Below are positions 25,468 through 38,445 of a stretch of DNA of 64,000 nucleotides, in pieces (the stretch's first letter is position 1; each line of letters starts with the position of its first letter). The DNA comes from Zygnema circumcarinatum SAG 698-1b (lineage: Eukaryota > Plantae > Zygnematophyceae). The position numbers and the translations under genes were made by a program. The stretch covers positions 3,939,361 to 4,003,360 of the forward strand of contig CM074805.1 in the NCBI GenBank assembly GCA_037447605.1, written 5' to 3'. Under the pieces are notes generated by a model. It had not been told where the DNA came from. It did not search any database and saw only the letters and a program-made list of their open reading frames with translations.

Positions 25468-27854
25468 TCAGTACCCTAACTCCACATACAACTCCGCGAG
25501 AGTTGCGACTGAGGCCGCCAGAGCCGCTGTGGCAAGTATTCTCCTTGGCTGCCTCGATCGAACCTCCAGCATAAGGCCCGTCAATGCACCGGCGGAGCAT
25601 CCATTCACCTGCAAACCCTAACCCGAGCAGCACATGAGCTACGAAATTTCTCGCAGAGACCCAGGTGCCACGGGAGGGCAAGGAGGGCATTGTTTTTCTA
25701 AGTGCCCGCACATTCAGATACAGCAAGGAATACGATGGAAAAAGCAACTCATAGGAAACACCAGCACAGTTCACCGTGCAATCCCGGAACCCCAGTTCTC
25801 AGCAAACAATAGCAACCTTTGCAGCCGGGCTGGGTCCAAATGCTTTACCCAATCACTCCGCCCCCGGGAATTTTCAAACCCGCATCTCAATCCAAAAAAG
25901 ACAGCAGCAACGCCACCTGCAATAACCACCCCCTGCGAGTTAATGAGATGTCTCTGAAGCATATTTTCGTCACTATATGCCCAGTCCCTCATACATACGG
26001 AGCAGCGAGACGGCAACTTCAAATCATTTAAATTTACTGGCAGCAATTCAGAGAACACAGGCGCGGCAGTACATGTCCTTTGCAGTATTAACTCACCATA
26101 AACTCCGCCACTTCTCACGATGTGCTTTGCCTGCATCCCACATCGCAGCCACGAAAGTCCCCGTTACCATTATAAGTTGAGTGGAGGTAATTCCACGGAT
26201 AAAGCCACCAGAATCAATCACAGACCCTCTCGCCCATTCCAGGAGTTTAGACTCAACTCCAACGAGCGCTCCAACAATGCAAATCCCATTTGCTGTTTAG
26301 GAATAGTGCAACAAAGGCAAACCTTTGTGACGTTTCCAAAAAAGTTGACGTGTTATGCATCTATAGCTTTCTTATCAGGTCGAAACGACATTGCTGTCGA
26401 TATAAAAACTCACCACATATGTCACGTTATGTGCCAGTCCTTGGCCTGCAACAGTGCACAGACTCGAGGTTAGTCCATTCCATGCACTGGTTCTCGTCCC
26501 ACCCCCTCCTCCCTCACTCCGTCCCCTCTCCTCCTCTCCTCCCTGGTAAAGGCCATGTCTGCTTGAAAAGCTAGGCCATAGAATCGGTGGAAACTGCTGA
26601 GGGTCAACGAGCTCTGCCATATAAAATGGATTGCAGCATAACCAACTTTGTGTACACGCTCAACTGCCTCTGAACTTAGATTACGAACAAGCTGTATACA
26701 GAAATATTTTCCATGATTGATTGAAACGCCTAATGTTCAACATTTCATCGAAAGCAGAGAAAGATCATAGCAACGAAAGAGAATGGGACCTCCCACCTGA
26801 CTTGCTGGCCTCATATGACCCCATAAACAGACCAAATGTGGCGCCCGCCTGCAGGTCAGCAGAGTACGAAAGAGTCATACAGTTGTAGCTTGACTTCTGA
26901 TTATTGCCTCAGATAAAGCAACGTAGGAGAGAAAGGGAAGTGTGAAACATTTAGTAATATCCCTGAAAAATTCTTCATTCTTCTTTTCATGGCTGATAAG
27001 CATGACATGGAAAATTCGTCCACCGGGGCCTGTAAGAGAAAACAAGTAAGTAAATTCAAGTTCATTGCTTCCTGCAGACAGCCAATTACTGCGAATAGGG
27101 TTGTGTAGTTTGCTTGAGACGCCTGCTTCACCTGCGCCACTCCTCAAGCTACGAGTGGGGATCTTCGCCAACAAAGTACCTGTCAAATGATTTTCAATCG
27201 ACCGTTTTCAATGATTAAATCGACCGTTGAACGAGAATAGAGTGCATGGCTTCTGCATCCACGAAGAAAAACACGTTCCTGAATGCATGTGTAGAGGAGA
27301 TCCACATACACATTTTTCTCCAAAGAGAACTGCACATAGGACGAACTTAAATTTGATGGGATCAATTGGTGCCTGGCAGATAGAGGTAGAAAGTGAGAAA
27401 CTTTTTTCGGGAGAATTGGGGAGGCTGCAAAGTTCAACGACAGTCTTCTGGAGGTCAAAGAAGATGAAAGCTCGAAATGCACAACACCTCGTCAGTTGGG
27501 AACCTGATACATGCTGAAAAAGTGCAGGCTCGTTACACTATACAGTACATTTCTTTGGCTGGTCGGAAGGAAAGGAAGTGCAAACAAGCACTTTCCGCGA
27601 ACTGGCTTCTCATCCATCTCGATGGAAGCAAGGCAAGAAAAAGAACTAAGTTTACATTCTCCCGATTCCATTCAGACATGCTGCTAAAGCTGAAGAGCTG
27701 CGAAGAGACCATGGAAGGGAGAAGGTGGCCAGTCTTGCATGCATAATCTTACGATTGAAGTACGAGCGAAGGCTCCAACAGCTTGAGAAAGACACGGAGG
27801 AGAGGGCTCCCTTGCTGCATTCATCCTCCTCCTGCCGCCATCGTCAGCATCCAT
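25468..27854 (-). CDS. Tim17/22/23 (PRAT) family protein, OEP16-4-like; about 6 exons (not called by the ORF track)
   Basis: Hand-spliced: MDADDGG...PPCLSQAVGAFARTSI|AGATFGLFMGSYEASK|HGL...HNVTYV|AKHIVRSGGVYG|GVAAVFFGLRCGFENSRGRSDW|VNGCSAGALTGLML...LAELYVELGY*. The C-G...R-G..D-W-V-N..GA..G pattern is typical of the family. Confidence 0.8.
26135..26175 (+). promoter_or_regulatory. snRNA-type USE (ATCCCACATCG) plus TATA-like box (TTATAA) at Pol III spacing
   Basis: Perfect RTCCCACATCG at 26135-26145; TTATAA starts about 24 nt downstream, at 26170. Confidence 0.45.
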
Positions 27855-28509
27855 GGATGCCAGAGGTCATATGCTACCCTTCAGCGAAGCACAAATCGAC
27901 CAACTCTCCAAAAAAAATAATCTCTCCTGCAACTTTTAAAGAATGTTTACAGGGCAATAACCTCTGCAGACATTACTGTATGCTGCTGTATGGTGAAGAC
28001 TCTCGTCAAAATCTGATAGAAACAATGGCAGTGCCAGGTGCTGCTCTGGTTTGCTCGCCCTTATTGCACTGGGAGCCCAGATCCACTGGACGAACATAGA
28101 GATCAAGATTCCGGGTTGACACTGTACTCTGCTTTGACGAGAGATCAACTGACGCTTGTAAAATCAACCAATGTCCGCCAATTCCCGGGTTTGTGAATCG
28201 AGATCCACGGTTACGAAGTTCTACTTTCTAATCCAGGATTCCGAATCAACCAAGGTTGAAATTGGAATAAATTCTGTTGATCCATGATCCACCTGAGCTG
28301 CTTGCAAAGCAATGCAGAGCCAAGAAAGGTGTTGCCATCTGGTATTTGCATGGACTGCGTTCGCATGAAAAGCTTTCAAATGACTGTGCTATTATGTTGT
28401 CTTTCATTGGAAAAGGCTTGCCCTGGTTGCAGTATTTAGACCGTGCACAGTAGCAGATAGTACTCCAGTGCTGTACGTATCTGCGGAATTTTAATCGGCT
28501 GCTGCTGCC

Positions 28510-31500
28510 ATGGCCAGACACGTGAGGAGCTTTCTGCGGGGAGGGTCATGGACAGTAGAGCTTCAAGAATTAAGAAAAGCTTGGGCCAGTCGCCCTTACA
28601 GCGGCAAGGCAGCGGGCTCTGAGGTCGATGTGGTCATTGTTGGCGCTGCTCGGACGCCGTTCGGGGCATTTCAGGGGAGTCTGGCAACAATAGGAGCCTG
28701 CCAGTTGGGATCTGTGGCGCTGAAAGGTGCAGCTCCGAGCTCCTTCTGGAAGCAGGGGCCAGAATGAGGATATGTATGATCGTCGATATCGTCTGACTAT
28801 GATGAAAGTGGTTAGCAATGCCTGTTAGAAATTGTTGAATGTCTGTTATATAGGAGAGTTGATAACAAGCACGGAGGAAGTCGCAGGATTTTTAAAGTGG
28901 CGTACTGTCTTGATTCCTAAGCCTAATTTTTTTTGCAATAAGATATGCAGTGTTGGTGTTATGTTTCAACGATACTAGAATCTGTTGGCTTTCTGTGGAA
29001 GCTGTGTTAAAAATTATGCTGAGGTGGAATTTATGAATAATTTAGTGTGGTCGATGTATGCACGTATTGACATCGACGTATTAATGCGTAGCCGCAGGTT
29101 TGCTTCAAGAGGTTTGTTTTATTGTTATTGACTTAGCTGCTGCAAGAAATTTACTCTCGTACTTCCTGAAACGATGTATTTTTATTGACATGTGACAACA
29201 GCGTCCCGTTTACATATCTGCTATTTATTCCGTGGATCTCCTTCTATCTGCCATTTTTCGTAGGAGCAATGCAACTCGGATATGTAGTTTCGGTGCACTT
29301 CTGGAAAATTTGATTGTTGCAGTCTGAAACCTAGTCGAGTCATGCACAGAGTGTGTTTAGGAACCTGTAACAGCAGAGGATTGAAGGAATGCTGTCTCAT
29401 TTTCCTTGTAGCTTAGATTGCTTTGTTGGTATGCGCGGCGACGAGCTTTTCAACCTGAGTCATGCAGCTGTTCCACTTCTACTAGCCTCGAAACTGTATG
29501 TACGCAGATTGTGAGGAGGAGAGAGATAGGAAAAGAGTCACGAGGAGAAAGACGAACAGAGGGGAGGTGGTGTTCAGATGTGCGGGACACGGACAGTAGG
29601 GGTCTGTTTTGAACTTTCCTAGCTTCTAAAACTGAATGGCCAGAGAGTTTAGACAAAGTGCTGATAGTACCGATAATGGTTCCGTGTTTATAGGTGCACT
29701 TGAGCGAGCAGGAGTGAAGGCAGAAGCTGTGCAGGAGGTCGTGATGGGAAATGTGATCAGCGCAGGCCTTGGTCAAGCGCCAGCCAGGCAGGCTGCTTTG
29801 GTGCGTATCACAGTCCCCTGGGCCGGCCCATAATTCCCTAACGTCGACAAAAAATACATGCTTGGTAGTCTTTGCGAAAATCAAAGTCTTTGAAAAAGGG
29901 TAACCTATGCTTGTACTTTTTTCTACAATGCATGTTGGATATACAAAAGGCCTTTTATATTTTGACACCATCTTTTGGACCACTGGCAGATTACCCTCAC
30001 TCCCAGAGAATCCTTTTTTGACAAGGTAGTTATGACTGTTCCAGGGTGCAGGGTTGCCACCATCAACAGTCTGCACAACCGTCAACAAAGTGTGTGCCTC
30101 TGGAATGAAAGGTGAGAAGCAGCTGTCACTTTGGAAATTAGTGAAGGTGGGAGCTGTCAGCTGTCAACATCTGAGTCAGTCGTGGTTCCTCAGTACGGCC
30201 AATAGCAAGTCAAGATAATAGATCTTAATGCTTATGGTCGTTATCGCAGTATTTCCAGTCGTTCTATGTAACTCTTGATCCTTTTCCAAAAAGGCACTTC
30301 AGATGCATTCCTATATTTTCTGTAAGATGTCCCGTTCATCTGTGCTTACGATACCATGGGGAGTTCAGGATGTCGAAGTGCGGCACAGTAATACTCCCAA
30401 ACACCAACAATTTGGCAATGCCCAGAAAAGGCACACAAATAGACATTGGATCGCTAATATATGTCTTTGTTTGGCATTGTTCTGGCAGCGATCATGTTGG
30501 CTGCACAGAGCATATCCCTCGGGCTCAATGAGGTGGTCCTTGCGGGAGGCATGGAGAGCATGTCCAATGCCCCGCACCTCCTTCAGCGCGGCTATCCTTC
30601 CCGCAAGGTCGGCCCATTGGCACTGCGGGACAGCCTTGAGTGGGACGGCCTTTGGGACACACACAAGGATTGCCACATGGGGAACATTGCGGAGGCAGTA
30701 GCACGGGAGATGGATATTTCAAGGAGCGAACAGGTGACCGTCCTTTTTCCTGAAATGGCGAAAAGTAGTGAACAAGCCCTAATTCGAACTTGCAAATTCA
30801 CTTTGTCGTGGGACATTGCCATTGGCTTGGAAATAAGAACGCTTGCCATTTGTTTGGGGATTTCTTTAGCATCCAGTCAGAAGCGACAACTCGTTTTTGA
30901 CTGTGGTCAGAATGCAGATGAAGATGCCTTTCCTGGCCATGTTCTGTCGTGTTTATAGGACCTCATGCTTGGCAATGTGCGCAGGATGACTATGCCATAG
31001 AAAGTTATCAGCGGGCAGTATCTGCTCAAGCAAGCGGCATTTTGGCCACCGAGATTGTGCCGGTGGAGATAAGTGGTCGGAAAGGACGTGCTTCCTATAT
31101 GGTATCGCAGGACGAGGAGTGCTCGAGGGTGAGCAGTCAGACCTGGTATTGCTCTTCTGCCCTCTGCCCAACCATGGCGGTAAAGGTGGATTCATTATTT
31201 TCTTTTCTTTCTTCACCGAGCACTTCTAATGTGCCAAACTGCTCAAGAGAGATTGGCTTGCAGACATGATTTCACAGACACCATATAATCTCATTCCTGT
31301 TACGAGGACGGATTTTGAACAGTATGAATTTTGCTGCTGCTCCGTCTTTTTCGATCTTTACACGTTTTCAGATGGTGTCAGCATTGTGTGCGAAGGCTGG
31401 GTTTCGTCCTTGCTGCAGTTTGACCCTGAAAAGATGACGAGCTTGGAGGCCGCATTTGAAGGGGGGGGAACAATAACGGCTGCAAACTCTTCAGCTATAA

Positions 31501-32553
31501 GTGATGGAGCAGCTGCCTTAGTGCTGACATCGAGACAATATGCAGAGCAGCATGGCCTACAAGTGTTGGCACATATCCGTGGATATGCCGATGCGGAACA
31601 GGTATGATTTATGTGTATTGCTGGAACAGATTACTTCTAATGCTGTTTCTAATGGAATTGTGTTTCTTTGATGACGCTTGGGTTGCTTGGGTTGATGAGT
31701 TGCTTGGGTTCAGTATAGGATGGCAGTTTAGAGTGCAATGCAGGTTCAACCTGCTTTTTTGTCGACCTTCCCATCTCTCATCAGTCATTAGGTGTTGCCC
31801 CACTGCTTGCAGGCTCCTGATAAGTTTCCAACCAGCCCAGCGAAGGCGATTCCGCGAGCACTGAAGCGTGCTGGTTTGGAACTTAAGGATGTGGATATCT
31901 TTGAGATAAATGAAGCCTTTTCAGTATGTCTTCTCTCTTCCTCTCTCGAAACATTTTCTGAATGAAGTAACCGGAAGAAGGGAGATCAAAATACTCAGTC
32001 ATATGGGGCTTGATCAGTTGGAAACGTGGTTGAAAAATGTGGTTTTGAAGACCGTTCTAAAGTGCTCCTAACCTCAGTGCTTCTTAGCCCCCAGCAGTGT
32101 AGGAATCGACTTAATTTTGTTGCCTGCCGTGGCAAGGTTGGTCACAGACTCCACTAACTTGACTCACTCTCTACTCTCTGACTCATACTGTATACCACAC
32201 GGTCTCTCACTTTCCAGGTAGTGATGCTGGCAAATAGCCGTTTGCTGGGTCTGGACGGAGCTGATGTTAATCTGAATGGAGGAGCGATCTCACTGGGCCA
32301 TCCGATTGGCGCTTCGGGAGCGCGGATTGTGATGGCACTGATCACTGCGCTTGCCGTGAAGGGCAAGGATGTGGGAGTGGCGGCTGTATGCAATGGGGGA
32401 GGGGGGGCCTCAGCCCTCGTGCTGGAGTGCCATAAAACCTTCCGACTCGAGCAGGTCGGGCACCACAGCTGGGGCGTCATGCGGCCTGCCTCAGAAACAC
32501 AGACAGAAGCAGAAGATGTTAAGAAGGCGGAGGGGGACACAGGGAGTGTGTAA
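28510..32553 (+). CDS. AACT: Acetyl-CoA C-acetyltransferase (acetoacetyl-CoA thiolase, thiolase II) with N-terminal presequence, about 8 exons
   Basis: [32 protein letters not shown] (catalytic Cys), [37 protein letters not shown]. Confidence 0.93.
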
Positions 32554-33010
32554 GGAGAGTGACGGTGCATGGAGGGGTTCCATCGTGACAGAGGCGAAGG
32601 TTACAGTTGGGGGGCATGTGAAGCAGGGGGCATGTGAAGCAGGGGAATCAATGGCATGAAGTAGGAGTTTTTTTGTACACGCGGTTGCCCCTCGTTTGCA
32701 TTGATCGGTAGAGAAGTTTTGTCCTATCCACAATCATTTGTCTGTTGAATTGACCTGGAGCTTTTACTCTTGGAGCAGTAGTTCACATCCGGGTGCCGTG
32801 TTGTGTTCGCCTTGTGTTTGTTTCTTGCCATGTTTGTTATCTTATTGGAGAAACGACGTGCTCAAGTTCTTGAACTAACTGCTCGGCGTTCTCTGTGAAT
32901 GGTTAGCAACCAGCACTGGCAGCCAATGGTTGGCAATCATTCCAACGGTTGGTCCAATGGTCTGTGGTATTTGACCTGTATTGTAATTTTTCAGTCAGTT
33001 TTGCATTTTG

Positions 33011-33310
33011 ATTTTGTCCATGTACATTTGATGGCATCGCCATCGTGAGGTCAATGCCACATCCCTTTATCATTACAGTTTGCTTTGGTACCCTGTAATG
33101 ATGGTGCTTTGCACCTACTTGTCCGCATTTGTGAGCAAGCATATTGAGAATTTGACATCTAGTGTTTCACGTTTTCACCAATTCCTCGTGGTTCCCCGTG
33201 TTAATGTTGTCTATGTACATTTGATGGCCTCGCCATCGTGAGTTCAATGCCACTTCCATTCTCTTTCATAAAAAAAAAAAAAAAAAAAAAAGGGGAAAAA
33301 AAAAGAAGAA
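33011..33310 (+). mobile_element. Copies B (33011-33065) and C (33181-33310, with A22 tail) of the short dispersed repeat
   Basis: TTGTC(C/T)ATGTACATTTGATGGC(A/C)TCGCCATCGTGAG.TCAATGCCAC occurs twice; C ends in A22 at 33270-33291. Confidence 0.65.
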
Positions 33311-33801
33311 ATGAACTCTAGTAAATCTCTAGAAATGGCGACGGCAACTGCCGACATGTAGATGGTACGGCCCTCCCAATTGTACGGAATTCTTGTCCGG
33401 CCATGCCATGGCGGGTGCAGGTATGCTGGAGGGCGGTCGAGCTGGGGGAGGAGGACGAGGAGGAGAAACCAGGAGGACGGCGAGGCAGGAGGCGCACGTA
33501 GAAGAGGAAGGCTGCGCGGCTCTGCGGCCCGGTATGTTGTGGATGCAGGAGGGGGTTGGGGGGAGGGGAGGGATGCGCTCTCTCCGTAGGCTATATTTGG
33601 GACGACTGCGGATTGCAGCGCTTGTTGGCAGGCGGATTTTTAGGGTTATTATGGTGATTTTCTGGTCGGGGAATATGGATAGCATGTTGGCATCACTACG
33701 TCTTTGTTCCAAGCCTGAACACCTTCACAATCTCTGCCAAGTCTTGAAATCCTCAGATCCAAGGCATCCTCTCGTCTATTCGTCGCGGGCTTGGTGGAAC
33801 C

Positions 33802-34751
33802 ATGTGGTCAGCGATGCCCTTGCACCGGAACACGGCCCCGTATGATTCGGATGCTGAGCGGCATTCGAGTTCCGACACAGCGGCTGATGCAGAATCTGGG
33901 CCCTTAGTGAAGAGGCCAATATCCAATTTCTCATCTTCATCCGTGGACCAGACAGTGCATGCTATCCCTTTAGTGATCTTCTTCAGCGCTTTCGTTCTTT
34001 GGGCGTGTCACAAGGGTAAGTGGTAGTTGCTATGCTCGCATTCCGTCTCCAAATCCATTACTAGGATGAGGTGCTGCTTATTTGTGAACTGCAACTTTCG
34101 CTAGATTTCCAGGCTCCATGAGATAGGCAGGTACAAGTTAGAGGCTTCCTCGTTATGTCGCCATAAATTGTACTCTTGCTATCTGCGGGATTCCATGCTA
34201 AAGTCATCCTGAAGCGTTTGAATTGATTCGGTTGTGATCTTTGCTGTTGCCAATAGCGAACGTGATTTTTTTTCGTTTATTACTGCGGGTGGTAGAACTG
34301 TCTAGAGTTGTTAGGTTCTAAGCAAGCTGCGAAACGCTGCCAAATAGTCGATTACTCTCTGATTCTCTCACGAGCCAGTGGTTGTAGGTCACAGTTGCTC
34401 TTGGCGTTTCGTTTCACGGGCTAGCCTTACATGTGGTTTTCACTCTGACAAATTGCAGATGTGGACGTCCCACAGTCGTTGTTACAAGGGATTGATTCAA
34501 AGGCCGTAATGGAGGTAGCAATGCAACCGCCTCCTGTTGTCAACTCTGACACAACCGGTGGGGGTGACGACGTTGCTGCTGAGAGTAATGCCATCATTAA
34601 TGAAGTTCCTGACAAGACATCCGAAACAGCAGCTCGAAGAAGATTATATGCAATAACAGAGCGGTATGGGCACTCCAAGGCCAGTGCAGCACGTTACAGC
34701 AACCTGGGGTACAAGGAGATGTCCGCAGATATAAAGCGGGCAGTGCTCTAG
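33802..34751 (+). CDS. Small uncharacterised single-pass membrane protein (plant family with a 'VHxIPL' hydrophobic segment); termini uncertain
   Basis: Exon ...PYDSDAE...QTVHAIPLVIFFSAFVLWACHK|gtaag splices to the ...gcag|DVDVPQS exon near 34459. Confidence 0.55.
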
Positions 34752-37700
34752 CATTGCCGATTGGACACTTGCGGAGAAGTAGGGGAGTTGAGATCCATGG
34801 AGGCAAGAGGCCAGCCAGAAATCGTGACGATTAACGACTTTGGAGTGATTGGTCTACACCGGCTGCAATTGTCCCATTCACGCTTTACCAGGCCGGAGTC
34901 AACTTCATGCAGTTGGTAACCTGTCATTGTCTGCTCGGACCCTGTTAAATGTGAGTCTGCTGATAGCTTCCTCAAAGGATTAAGTCGGCTATGTTCCTAT
35001 TCTGGACGGCGTAGGAAGTCTTATTTAGTTGACTTTTTGCGGGGCAGCATAGGGCGACCATGGCCAAGTTTAAGATCACAATCGACGGGGGAAGTACTCA
35101 GGCGCTTGGCTGTGAGAGAGCCTACCTCCATTTGATGGATTGGGCCACGACTTGAACGTTGTCTCTACTTTAATTATTGCTTGTTTTTTCAAGGTTACAG
35201 CCTGCAGAGGCCATGGCTGTAGCACACAACACTAGTGGCTGGAAGGAGATGGTAAGGACGAGCTTAGTCTTGTCTTGCCAGACTGTAGGCACCGTTGCAG
35301 GTCGGAAGTCAATATTAATTCTGCAGTTCTTATTTGAACATAGTAACGGAGGCGGTGGATGGAACGGTGATACAGCTGTGGACTCTGAAAATGTCTTGCA
35401 GGATGGTTGTTTTTTGGGGTTGGGCGGGGTGTCGTTGGTTTTTGGGGCTCTGAAGGTTCTTCGTACTTATTTCAACAGAATTTGGTTAGATGTTAGCTGA
35501 GGGGAAGAAACTGAGGAAAAAGCAAACAGAGCATGATGAGGATGCTTTCGGGCCCTTGGAACCATCTGTGGGCCGCAGAGCTTGGAGGTCAAAAGTCAGA
35601 CACAAGCGCTAAGGGAATCAGGCGCAACTGGAACCGCAACAAAAGGCTTTTTAGGAACGAAGGCCTCCTGTGCAATAAGCGAACCGGAACACGTTCGAAG
35701 CCCAAGAGTACTGTAATGGCATCAATTTTACTTGGTTGTACCGAGAGCGTTTGTGGACACCTCCGGCTGAGTTTTCATGGTTCAACTTTCAACTTCATTC
35801 AACTTTGCTGTCGACGTTCAACTTTGCTAATGTAATTTCACAGGGTCACTACTTCGTACTCAAATAGAAACTCACGCAATCTACTGAAACCATTTAAACG
35901 CCGACATGCGGCACCCGGCCAACGGCTCGCGCAATGCAAGTCACAAGCAGCTTTCCACACTAAAAGTATGCATTTGTGGTTTGAGGCTTCGGGAGGTGAC
36001 ACGTGGCCTTCACGCTGGCTTGTTTTTCCATTCAAACCGGTTGAAGCGAGTTGGCTGAAAAAATACAGCCAAAAATTATAGAGTTAGTACAGGCACCACT
36101 GTGCACACAATTTGTCTATCTGCTTGCATTAAAACGGATAGACTTTTTGCGCAGTAAGAAACATGATCGTCCAAAATTGGTGCTTACACTTTTACTTAGC
36201 TTCGTTTTGAACTTTTCGTCTCAATGTTCTTTTTCGAAGTTTCATTTTTTGGGGTTGCACCATGAAACGAACCCTCGAGGATTCAGGATCAGCTAAATTG
36301 AAATTGGGAGTTTTCGCATCGAATGACGTTTGGCCATTGGACACTGCAGCTGTGGCTTTCCCAACTGTCCACCCACACCGAAAATTACTATACCCTAAAA
36401 CCAAGCGTGTAGCAAGTACCAGCCTATGGTTTAAGTAATTGGTCAGAGGAGTAGTGTCCGAAAGGCTCGGAGACATTCGCAACATCAGAATCGATAACCC
36501 AACTTTGTTGACGTAATTTCAACTTTTCCTGCGTTGTCGGGCAACTGCCATACCATTTCCGATAGCGTTTACACTAGTTCAGATCAATTACCCCAACGAA
36601 CAACCAAAAGGAAATTCTTACAACCAAACGATGGCCGACACCATTTTCTACTGAGATTTCAGGTCTGAATAGAATTTATGTCCTTTTTAACTTCCCAAAC
36701 GTCTCGCTTGAAATGCCAGGATAACCTAGGTGTTAGCATCGCGAGTTCCGAGCAAGCAAGTGTCTGCACCCCGTTCCATGGTGTGGCCCAGAAGAGCCCT
36801 GAAATAATTCATCCTTGGCAGCAGTGCTGCACGAATGAAGTCGCAAGCTCTGGAAAGCAGAAACAAGGTAGCGGGCGAGAAACTGACACAAGGTACAAGG
36901 AAGCAGTGTGCGAAAGAATAATAACAAGAGGGCATATCAGAGGGAGAGTGCAGAGTGTTATAAAAACAACTTTGCACTCTTGTTCGGGGAAGACATAGAA
37001 CCAAGTGGTGTTGGAGATTCCAAGTACGATGACGCCCTTGCAGAAGGGTGGAGGGGGTTTTCAAGGAGAAGGAAATACAGACATTTCCTCCCTCCTTGTG
37101 GAACCTCCGCAAAGGAGGAGGAAAGACAGACATTTCCTCCTTGAGACCCCGCACATTCTGCACATTTCAAGGACCAACCACCCTCTTCACAACACAAAAC
37201 TGAGTCAACTCAGCACAAACGTTTGAATCCATACAAATGAGAGCTAACACTAATATTAGAGGGCTCCAGACACCAAAAAATTCGGCACTTCTGGAATCGA
37301 CACCAGTTCGCGGAAAAAGTCGTAATAACGAAGTATTATTCCTTCGAAACAAATTCCATTTCAAGTCTGAAACCCCCTAATTGAGCTATCGCAACTCAGT
37401 CCCACCTCCATGACTCGCACAAAACATTCAGAAAGGACGAGGAGCAGCCACCCGCCCATTAGTATGTCAACTGCAAGCAAGAACAAAATTATAAAGAGTA
37501 ACCAATTGACGCATACTGCCGACTTTGTTCGGAAACCATATCCAACAGGACCAAGTCCAGAACATGACTTGTTTTTTTGTGGAACAGGAAAAGCAAAAGC
37601 AATAGCACTAACAACACGCTCAGTCTCAGACCAGCCTTCCATGTTCAAAAATTTATTATCTTCCAGTACCGTTCAACGAAGCCCACAAGAGAGCGAAAAC

Positions 37701-38445
37701 CTTCTGCCTATCACACAGGTGGTTGCTCCACCGCCCGGCCCGCCCTCCTTCACCCATTTGCTGAGCCCGAGCACTTGCAAAACTGTGCGCACAGATATCA
37801 CAGGCTCTCCTGCAGCGAAGGGTTCCCTTATATGTACAAACAAACTCTGCAGAGTATTCAGCCGCTAGTGAAGCTACAGCAGGACTGTAACGAGCTACTC
37901 TTGCAGGACCCACTACAACTACAAGTACAGTACAGCTTGGGAGTTTCAATAATCAGCGCAAGTGGCAGCACATCACATAGCGGCAACAAAGGGCACCTAG
38001 CTAACAAAAAGGGCCTTACCCGTCGGAACAGGGTAGAGCCCTCTCCGCGGTTATGCATGAGACCCCTTGACGGCCTCATGGCGCCAACGTCGCAGGTTGG
38101 TACAACAAGCCAGGCCCGCTGGCATGACAGGTAAATACCGCCATGTAAAACTGTCAGAAACTTGGTCAACCCCTGACTAATCAGCCAACTACAACTGAAC
38201 CTTTCCAGCCACAGCATACATCAACCCAAACTGCCACTGCTGAAATAAGCAGAGTAGACAGCTAGCTGATGGCTCACCATGGGCCAAGGTCCTGAAGGGA
38301 CAAGCCAGCAATCACGTCCGAATGGCAGCTTTCCCGAAGCTGCGTAGCAACACATGCCGAGGCATTTTTGCTGAGTTATTCACAACAAATGAACAATGGT
38401 CGTTCACACCTGCAGCAACCACTGCCTGCACTTGCAGTCAGGGTA

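Noticed and set aside
37690-38290. Minus-strand segments with good splice signals (ATG|gtgagc, gacag|, CGG|gtaagg)
   Set aside because: No phase combination gave a convincing ORF; possibly 3'UTR or non-coding exons, not supportable as a gene.
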